From the NCBI RefSeq assembly GCF_000172995.2, contig NC_014729.1, forward strand, positions 90,001-122,000: a DNA stretch of 32,000 nucleotides. Reading direction: 5' to 3'. Made by a program: the position numbers and the translations under genes. The notes under the pieces are model-generated. The model was not told the DNA's origin, ran no database searches, and saw nothing but the letters and a program-made list of their open reading frames with translations. This document shows, piece by piece, positions 9,181 through 15,393 of this stretch. Position 1 is the stretch's first letter, and each line of letters begins with the position of its first letter. This DNA comes from Halogeometricum borinquense DSM 11551 (GTDB lineage Archaea > Halobacteriota > Halobacteria > Halobacteriales > Haloferacaceae).

Positions 9181-9197
9181 GAAAAAGAAAGAAAGAT
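9181..9197 (-). terminator. Oligo-T tract (CTTTCTTTCTTTTTC on the radA strand), candidate distal radA terminator
   Basis: This is the only T5 run on the radA strand downstream of the repeat array. Archaeal termination commonly uses oligo-T. Shorter T4 runs also occur inside each repeat unit. Confidence 0.35.
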
Positions 9198-9207
9198 CAC
9201 TTCTGGT

Positions 9208-9606
9208 CCCGCTCGGTCGCAGACGCTTCCTCGCGGGAGAGCAAAACGTCGTTACTCCGGCTTCAGACCGCCGTTCTGTACCCGCCCACCTTTTGCGCTG
9301 CGGGCTGCGAAGCAGCCCTCGGCAAAAGCTGGACCAAAAGCACTCGTCGCTCCCGGGAGTCGCTCCTCGGCCCGCTCGGTCGCAGACGCTTCCTCGCGGG
9401 AGGGCAAAACGTCGTTACTCCGGCTTCAGACCGCCGTTCTGTACCCGCCCACCTTTTGCGCTGCGGGCTGCGAAGCAGCCCTCGGCAAAAGCTGGACCAA
9501 AAGCACTCGTCGCTCCCGGGAGTCGCTCCTCGGCCCGCTCGGTCGCAGACGCTTCCTCGCGGGAGGGCAAAACGTCGTTACTCCGGCTTCAGACCGCCGT
9601 CCTGCA
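9208..9606. repeat. 163-bp tandem repeat, about 2.4 units, overlapping the radA 3' end
   Basis: Units at 9208-9370 and 9371-9533 differ at one base (A9240 vs G9403). A third partial unit from 9534 runs into the genuine radA stop (9578-9580) and its last codons. Each full unit contains a pseudo radA 3' end plus hairpins. Confidence 0.95.
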
Positions 9607-10609
9607 CGCGCATGATCCCCTCACCGTCGGCGAGGTTCGGCGCGTCCACGAGGCGGACGATACGCTTGTCACCCTTCGATTTGCGGAGGTAGATACGGAA
9701 CGTCGAGGTGTGGCCGAGGATGTTGCCACCAATGGGCTGGGTCGGGTCACCGAAGTACGAGTCGGGGTTCGATGCGACCTGATTCGTCACGAGGACGGCG
9801 GTGTTGTACAGGTCACCGATACGCATCAGGTCGTGCAGGTGTTTGTTGAGTTTCTGCTGGCGCTCTGCGAGTTGACCACGGCCGACGTACTCGGCACGGA
9901 AGTGCGCAGTCAACGAGTCCACACAGAGCAGGCGGACGGGGAACTCGTCCTCTTCGTGATCGCGTGCGAGTTCCTTGGCCTTCTCGGCGAGCAGAATCTG
10001 GTGGTTGGAGTTGAACGCCTTTGCGACGTGAATCTTGTCGAGGAAGTCGTTGAGCAGTTCCTCCATCGCCGCCTCGTCGTCGGGCGACCCCTCGATTTCG
10101 CGCTCGTCCATCGTGGCCTGGATAATCTCGTCGTCAAGCCCGCGGACCATGTCGTCGATACGCTCCGGACGGAACGTGTCCTCGGAGTCAACGAAGATAC
10201 AGGACCCACCGAGACCGCCGTGTTCGGGCGGTAGCTGGACGTTGACCGCCATCTGGTGTGTTACCTGCGACTTCCCGGCACCGAACTCACCGTACACTTC
10301 GGTGATAGACTGGGTTTCCAGTCCGCCGCCGAGAAGGTCGTCAACCTCGGAGATACCCCACGAGAGTTTGCCGATCTGCTCGCGTCGTTCGAGAACCGCC
10401 GAACCGGTCTCGAAGCCACCGATATCGGCCGCCTCGCGTGCGGCGTTGATGATGTCCGAGGACGTGGATTCACCCACGTCTGCGGTGTTCGAGAGTTCAC
10501 TCGGACTGGCGACAGCGATAGCCTGATAGCTTTCGAATCCGGCGTCGGTAAGTTTGTCTGCGGTAGCGGGGCCCACACCCGGGAGACTTTCGAGATCGTC
10601 TTCTGGCAT
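9578..10609 (-). CDS. radA: DNA repair and recombination protein RadA
   Basis: 343 aa with an N-terminal helix-hairpin-helix domain ([12 protein letters not shown]), Walker [10 protein letters not shown] and Walker B LLCVDSL, and overall RadA/Rad51 architecture. Confidence 0.97.
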   Translation of the reverse strand: MPEDDLESLPGVGPATADKLTDAGFESYQAIAVASPSELSNTADVGESTSSDIINAAREAADIGGFETGSAVLERREQIGKLSWGISEVDDLLGGGLETQSITEVYGEFGAGKSQVTHQMAVNVQLPPEHGGLGGSCIFVDSEDTFRPERIDDMVRGLDDEIIQATMDEREIEGSPDDEAAMEELLNDFLDKIHVAKAFNSNHQILLAEKAKELARDHEEDEFPVRLLCVDSLTAHFRAEYVGRGQLAERQQKLNKHLHDLMRIGDLYNTAVLVTNQVASNPDSYFGDPTQPIGGNILGHTSTFRIYLRKSKGDKRIVRLVDAPNLADGEGIMRVQDGGLKPE

Positions 10610-10635
10610 CGTATGCAGTCCTGTGGCCTATAGGT

Positions 10636-10643
10636 ACATAAAG
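10636..10643 (-). promoter_or_regulatory. TATA-like box (CTTTATGT on the minus strand) for radA
   Basis: Centred about 27-30 nt upstream of the radA ATG at 10609. Confidence 0.5.
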
Positions 10644-10806
10644 TCTCGTTAACAGCGGAGTGGAAGTGAAACTGGAAGGCGGCGACGGGATGACGTTCAC
10701 GGCGGAGTGAATGTTTAACTTCAAAGAAATACGGCGACAGCGGTCAGAAAGCGTGATTCTGCCCAGAAGGAAAGGCACTTAGCAATGAGCGGCCCAGAAG
10801 GTGGCA

Positions 10807-11472
10807 ATGCCCACTAGACGCGCTGTTCTCGGCGTTATCGGGGGCGCACTCGTTGCAGGATGTGCCGGAAATCGTGGGACGAGTGACAACACCGAGACAC
10901 AGACCAGTGGCGAATCGACCGCCGACGGTGCTACTGCACCATCGAACGAGACGCTTGCAAATGCGACGGGAAGCAACGAGACGACTACCGCGGTCGGCAA
11001 CGAGACGAATGCGACCGGTGGCAACGAAACACACAACGAAACGAACTTCGACCAACCAGCGGTAGAAACTCCTGAACCGGCCGCCTGTTCGCCTGATCCG
11101 CGTCCGCCCGCAACGGATGGTTCGGCCTACCCCACCCATCCGGGCGACGTGACCGAACTCTCGGCGCTCCGGTTCGCGCAGGCGTACGAAACAGCGTTAG
11201 CAAAAAACCGCGTCGCCGCCGAGACACCGACGGCCGAGGTAGTTGCCGTAGAACCAGTAGACAGCAGTCTGAAAGCACCGGGAACCGACGAGTGGTACGT
11301 CGTCTCCGTGACCATCCAACTGACGACGCGCACGGACGGCGAAAAGGAGACGAGTCGAGTCGGCGGGACGTATTACCTCACCGAGGAAGTGGCGATGCGA
11401 GATGCGGGCGCATCGGAGGTAGACGGCGATGTGAGCGGAATTAAAGGGGCCGTCGTTGTCGCCTGTCCGTAA
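10807..11472 (+). CDS. Secreted Tat-type lipoprotein with an N-glycosylation-sequon-rich linker
   Basis: MPTRRAVLGVIGGALVAGC has a twin-arginine motif, a hydrophobic stretch and a lipobox Cys. A T/N/E-rich linker and a roughly 130-aa domain with no recognisable family follow. A GTG at 10801 is an alternative start. Confidence 0.7.
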   Translation: MPTRRAVLGVIGGALVAGCAGNRGTSDNTETQTSGESTADGATAPSNETLANATGSNETTTAVGNETNATGGNETHNETNFDQPAVETPEPAACSPDPRPPATDGSAYPTHPGDVTELSALRFAQAYETALAKNRVAAETPTAEVVAVEPVDSSLKAPGTDEWYVVSVTIQLTTRTDGEKETSRVGGTYYLTEEVAMRDAGASEVDGDVSGIKGAVVVACP

Positions 11473-12078
11473 CTACTCCCAGGGGTGCCCGCCCTCCCGG
11501 TCGGGCCACATGGGATACCAGTACTCTTTGTCGGGTTCGAGTTCGAGTTCGCCGTCGAGGACCGACTCCAGTTTCATGAGGATACGGTCGTTCTGATTTC
11601 GGCCGCGTTCGGGCGCGAACGGGTAGTACGCGCCGCGTCGGAACGAGTAGATCCAGTAGGCGCGGTCGCCGTCGCGTTCGAAGCCGAAGACGGCCGCGAG
11701 AAGACGCGACCCGTACCCACGTTCGATGAACTCGTCAGCGGCAAAGTGGATGCTCGTCACGAGGTCTTCAGGGTCGTCATCTTCGAGAACGACCCACTCC
11801 CAGCCGTGTGAATCCTCGTAGAGTCGGAAGTCGGTACCCGTCTCCTCCTCGCCCGCTTTGAGGATGGCTTCGACCTCCTCGACAGTCTGGGCGAAGTCAG
11901 TGCTGTCCACCGACGAAAAGCAGAGGGCCGCCGCACCGACCGGGTCGAAGTCGAGGTCGGCCTCCATCGTGATGTAGGCGGTACTCATCCCGAACAGGTC
12001 TTCGGGGTCCGCCTCGCGGGTCGCATCCGCCTCTGCGCTGATGCCGAGAACCGAACGAATCGAGTCGAGAAATCCCAT
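11473..12078 (-). CDS. Conserved acidic protein of unknown function, translationally coupled to htpX
   Basis: 201-aa acidic, W/Y-rich ORF with haloarchaeal codon bias. Its ATG immediately follows the htpX stop (TAAATG). I vaguely recall similar proteins being labelled PspA-associated, but I cannot verify this. Confidence 0.7.
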   Translation of the reverse strand: MGFLDSIRSVLGISAEADATREADPEDLFGMSTAYITMEADLDFDPVGAAALCFSSVDSTDFAQTVEEVEAILKAGEEETGTDFRLYEDSHGWEWVVLEDDDPEDLVTSIHFAADEFIERGYGSRLLAAVFGFERDGDRAYWIYSFRRGAYYPFAPERGRNQNDRILMKLESVLDGELELEPDKEYWYPMWPDREGGHPWE

Positions 12079-12948
12079 TTATGCCGTCTCCATCTCGCGT
12101 TCCAGTTGGCGAAGTCGCTCGATGCGGTTCTCCGTAGACGGGTGCGTGCTGAAGACGCGACCGATGAAGTCGCTCTTGATCGGGATGATGAAGAACGCGT
12201 TCATCTCCGACTGCTCGCGCAGGTCATCCTGCGGCACCTTGTCCATCCCCCCGGAAATCTTCATCAGAGCCGACGCGAGAGCCGAGGGTTGGCCGGTAAT
12301 CACTGCAGCACCACGGTCCGCGGCGTACTCACGGTAGCGTGAGAGCGCGCGGATGAGGACGAACGAAACGATCCAGACGACGAGCGAAACGGCGATAGCC
12401 GCGATGATGCCGCCGCCCTGTCGGTCGCGGTTGCCGCCACCGAACCAGAAGCCCCACCGGACGATCATGAATGCGACTGTCGAGAGGAACGACGCGATGG
12501 TCATCACCATCACGTCACGGTTCTTCACGTGGGCGAGTTCGTGCGCGAGGACGCCCTCTAACTCGTCGCTATCGAGCATCCGCATCAGACCAGTCGTCAC
12601 ACAGATAGCCGCGTTGTTCTGTGATCGACCGGTAGCGAAGGCGTTCGGGACGCGCGAGTCCACGACCGCAATCTTCGGCTTCGGCAGGTCGGCCTGTTGG
12701 GAAAGCCGCGAAATCGTCGCGTGCAGTTCCGGATACTCGTCTTCGGAGACCTTCTTGGCACCCATACTGTACAGCGCGAGTTTGTCGCTGAAGAAGAACT
12801 GCGCGAACAGGAACACGGCGACGAACGGAAGGACGATGAAACTGTCCGTGTACACCAGCGCCCCAACAAACACGATGTAGAGGGCAAAGAGGAGGAACAT
12901 CGTCAGCACCATTCGGCCACGAAGTCCCCAGTCCGGTTTCCAATCCAT
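12079..12948 (-). CDS. htpX: Zinc metalloprotease HtpX (M48 family)
   Basis: 289 aa with N-terminal TM helices, the HELAHVKNRD zinc-binding HExxH motif and two further TM helices in typical HtpX topology. Confidence 0.93.
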   Translation of the reverse strand: MDWKPDWGLRGRMVLTMFLLFALYIVFVGALVYTDSFIVLPFVAVFLFAQFFFSDKLALYSMGAKKVSEDEYPELHATISRLSQQADLPKPKIAVVDSRVPNAFATGRSQNNAAICVTTGLMRMLDSDELEGVLAHELAHVKNRDVMVMTIASFLSTVAFMIVRWGFWFGGGNRDRQGGGIIAAIAVSLVVWIVSFVLIRALSRYREYAADRGAAVITGQPSALASALMKISGGMDKVPQDDLREQSEMNAFFIIPIKSDFIGRVFSTHPSTENRIERLRQLEREMETA

Positions 12949-12970
12949 GCCCGTGTCTTCGTGTTCGTGC

Positions 12971-12977
12971 TTATAAA
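12971..12977 (-). promoter_or_regulatory. TATA box (TTTATAA on the minus strand) for htpX
   Basis: Centred about 27 nt upstream of the htpX ATG at 12948. Confidence 0.55.
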
Positions 12978-13029
12978 CGCTGTTGGAGTGAGAAGATCTG
13001 ACGCACCCGCGTACGCGACGGCGCAGAGG

Positions 13030-13036
13030 TTTTTAT
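13030..13036 (+). promoter_or_regulatory. TATA box (TTTTTAT) for the phosphoribosyltransferase gene
   Basis: Centred about 27 nt upstream of ATG 13060. This supports that start over the longer ORF from 12697. Confidence 0.55.
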
Positions 13037-13059
13037 CGTCTCCTCCCGTCGATTTAGGC

Positions 13060-13689
13060 ATGTTCACAAATCGCACAGAGGCAGGAAAACGGCTCGCTGA
13101 ACGATTGCAAGAGGCGGCCGTAAACCCTGACCTCGTCCTTGCCATCCCGCGCGGTGGCCTCCCCGTCGGACGCGCCGTCGCGGACGCACTTGGCGTTCCG
13201 TTGGACGTGGTGGTCGCCTCGAAGGTCGGCGCGCCGGGGAACCCCGAACTGGCTATCGGGGCCGTCACGGGCGAGGGAGACCTGTGGCTCAACGATTCGC
13301 TCGTCGAGCAGTTCGGTATCGGAGACAGGTATATCGAATCCCAACGCGAGAGAGAGGCCGACGTCGCCCGAGAGAAAGTGCGTGCATACCGTGGTGGAAA
13401 GCCGGTACCGGACGTGTCGGGCAAGCGTGTCGTTATCGTAGACGACGGCGTGGCGACGGGTGCGACAGCGCTCGCCTGCCTGCAACAGGTCCGAAGCGGC
13501 GGCGCAGCCCGCATCGTCTTTGCCGTCCCCGTCGCTTCGGCGGCGACGATTCCGCGTCTCCGCGAGGTCGCAGACGACGTAGTGGTCGTGGAGGTGCCCG
13601 AGACGTTTGCGGCCGTCGGCTACCACTACCGTGACTTCGGACAAGTGACGGACGAGGAGGCGTTAGAATACCTGGACGACGAGGTATGA
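13060..13689 (+). CDS. Phosphoribosyltransferase-family protein
   Basis: MFTNRTEAGKRLAERL...AIPRGGLPVG and the PRPP-binding loop VVIVDDGVATGATA. The upstream part of the ORF (12697-13059) is antisense to htpX and is rejected. Confidence 0.85.
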   Translation: MFTNRTEAGKRLAERLQEAAVNPDLVLAIPRGGLPVGRAVADALGVPLDVVVASKVGAPGNPELAIGAVTGEGDLWLNDSLVEQFGIGDRYIESQREREADVAREKVRAYRGGKPVPDVSGKRVVIVDDGVATGATALACLQQVRSGGAARIVFAVPVASAATIPRLREVADDVVVVEVPETFAAVGYHYRDFGQVTDEEALEYLDDEV

Positions 13690-13730
13690 AGTTCGTCGCG
13701 CTTAAACGCGTTCGGCCGTTATCGTAGTCG

Positions 13731-14861
13731 ATGAGTTCAGGCGACTTCTGTCCGCGCTGTGGGGACCCCGTACCGGAGCGTGAGGAACCGCTCCCCGGAA
13801 TGCCCCGTGACCGCGACGCGGTCCTTTGCGACGCGTGTTACTTCGAGGATTTCGACCTCGTAGACGCGCCGGAGCGTATCGAGGTTCGCGTTTGTTCGCA
13901 GTGCGGCGCGGTCCACAAGGGGAACCGCTGGGTGGACGTCGGCGCCCGCGACTACACCGACGTCGCCATCGAGGAGGTTTCAGAGGCGTTGGGCGTCCAC
14001 CTGAAAGCGGAGGACGTTCAGTGGGGCGTCGAACCCGAACAGGTGGATCAAAACACGATCCGGATGCACTGTTCGTTCTCCGGATTCGTCCGCGACACCC
14101 ACATCGAGGAGACGGTAACGGTGCCGGTGAAGATATCGCGGCAGACGTGCAAACGATGCGGCCGCATCGCCGGTGGCTACTACTCAAGCATCGTCCAGAT
14201 TCGCGCTGAGGAGCGCGACCCGACGAAAGAGGAAGCTCAACGCGCGGTCGAAATCGCGGAGTCGTACATCGAAGAACGCGAGGAGACAGGCGACAGAAAC
14301 GCGTTTATCTCCGAGATTTCGAATTCGGGCGACGGTCCGAACATCAAGATATCCACGAACCAGATGGGTAGCGGCGTGGCGAAGCACGTCGTGCGCGAAC
14401 TCGGCGGCAACGTCGAGGAGTATCCGACGCTCGTTACGGAAGACGGCGACGGCAACGAGGTGTACCGCGTCACCTACGCCGTCCGCCTGCCGAAGTTCAC
14501 GCCGGGCGAGATCATCGACCCGGACGACGACGACGGACCGGTGTTAGTCCGAAGTGTCCGCGGGAACCTGAAGGGCGTCCGCCTCGACAGCGGCGAACAG
14601 TACGAATCGCAGTTCGAGGAGGGGGAAACGCCCGACGCGCGCCGACTCGGTACCGTCGAAGACGCAGCGGAAACCACCGTCGTCACCGTCGAGGACGAGA
14701 ACGCCGTACAGGTCCTCGACCCCGAAACGTACGAATCAAAGACGATAGCGCGCCCGGACTACTTCGATAGCGACGCGGCGATGGTCCACGTCCTCAAAAG
14801 TCGTTCTGGACTGCACATTCTTCCCGACGAAGCAGTAGAAAACGGCGAAACGTCGGATTAG
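13731..14861 (+). CDS. NMD3-family protein (archaeal homologue of the 60S export adaptor)
   Basis: 376 aa with N-terminal Cys clusters CPRCG...CDAC...CSQCG and later CKRCGR, as in NMD3 zinc-binding domains. A TATA-like CTTAAA lies about 27 nt upstream. Confidence 0.85.
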   Translation: MSSGDFCPRCGDPVPEREEPLPGMPRDRDAVLCDACYFEDFDLVDAPERIEVRVCSQCGAVHKGNRWVDVGARDYTDVAIEEVSEALGVHLKAEDVQWGVEPEQVDQNTIRMHCSFSGFVRDTHIEETVTVPVKISRQTCKRCGRIAGGYYSSIVQIRAEERDPTKEEAQRAVEIAESYIEEREETGDRNAFISEISNSGDGPNIKISTNQMGSGVAKHVVRELGGNVEEYPTLVTEDGDGNEVYRVTYAVRLPKFTPGEIIDPDDDDGPVLVRSVRGNLKGVRLDSGEQYESQFEEGETPDARRLGTVEDAAETTVVTVEDENAVQVLDPETYESKTIARPDYFDSDAAMVHVLKSRSGLHILPDEAVENGETSD

Positions 14862-15061
14862 TCGGCCCGAGCAGGCGTCTCGGTCGTCGCGGCGGTCACT
14901 TCCTCTTGCTCCCGGACCTCGACACCGTGTTGGTGGAGCGCAGACACGAGCGCTTCCTCGGAGCGGCCCGCACGGGTAGCCGCCTGTGAAAGCGTCAGCG
15001 TTCCGCTCTGGTACAGCGTCATCGCCGTCGTCAGCGCGTGTGTGTGCATGGCCGTATACAC
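14858..15061 (-). CDS. UPF0175-like small HTH protein (antitoxin-like fold)
   Basis: AMTLYQSGTLTLSQAATRAGRSEEALVSALHQHGVEV fits the UPF0175 pattern (LY..G.LSL..AA.LAG.S...F...L...G). GTG start at 15061; ATG alternatives at 15049 and 15022. An AT box (AAATAGTTAA on the minus strand) lies about 27 nt upstream of 15061. Confidence 0.6.
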   Translation of the reverse strand: MYTAMHTHALTTAMTLYQSGTLTLSQAATRAGRSEEALVSALHQHGVEVREQEEVTAATTETPARAD

Positions 15062-15158
15062 CCACGGACAAACCCAAGGGTGTTAACTATTTCGTGAGAA
15101 CGCTTGTCAGACCGACGCGTTACGGGACGAATAATGGAATATTGAAGAAAATATTCGG

Positions 15159-15166
15159 TATATAAG
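15159..15166 (+). promoter_or_regulatory. Consensus-like TATA box TATATAAG inside the AT-rich island
   Basis: The strongest TATA-like element in the window. It points toward the plus-strand micro-ORFs at 15205-15377. The 7-bp inverted repeat GAATATT-N6-AATATTC lies directly upstream (15137-15156). Confidence 0.4.
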
Positions 15167-15393
15167 AACCCATATGACCACATGTATTAACAATCATTAA
15201 GTAAATGTCCGGCGTCGGTTCTGTTCAGTGTAAATACTGCCATACGGATCGGTCGGAAAGACTGAAATCCCTTGAACAAACACGGGAGGTGTGGAACGAC
15301 AGCAGATACTCGCGTTAGTACTCGTGGTCTTGATGCTCGGGTCTACAATCGCGTACGGGGCCAGTCTCCTGTTCTAGGGGGGGAAACTGTCCG

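Noticed and set aside
9208-9606. Possible CRISPR array.
   Set aside because: The 'spacers' between the recurring 77-nt parts are identical to each other, the period is 163 bp, and no cas genes or leader are present. It is a plain tandem repeat.
9067-9615. Plus-strand ORFs that appear to encode a repeated peptide across the 163-bp array.
   Set aside because: The period of 163 is not divisible by 3, so each unit is read in a different frame. The products are basic and low-complexity. The array is better explained as non-coding.
10610-10800. Small ORFs (e.g. the 23-aa MFNFKEIRRQRSESVILPRRKGT) and short direct repeats (GCCCAGAAGG x2) in the radA upstream region.
   Set aside because: The peptides are basic with no coding bias, and the 10-bp repeats are too short to separate from chance. 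The region is adequately explained as a divergent promoter.
12697-13059. Upstream part of the 330-aa ORF containing the phosphoribosyltransferase. The same issue applies to 27955-28140 for hemL and 24131-24202 for hemB.
   Set aside because: These extensions run antisense through, or into, neighbouring genes or promoters. They lack family similarity, and the internal ATGs have correctly spaced TATA-like boxes.
15080-15240. AT-rich island as a replication origin (DNA unwinding element) next to a helicase gene.
   Set aside because: There is no orc1/cdc6 gene nearby, and I could find no repeated ORB-like elements flanking the AT stretch. The helicase is a repair-type XPD/Rad3 enzyme, not a replicative one. 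Divergent promoters explain the AT richness.
15205-15318. 38-aa ORF MSGVGSVQCKYCHTDRSERLKSLEQTREVWNDSRYSR as a zinc-finger micro-protein.
   Set aside because: It has only one CxxC(H) element, a basic composition and a weak G/C third-position bias. I kept it only as a mention inside the AT-island finding.
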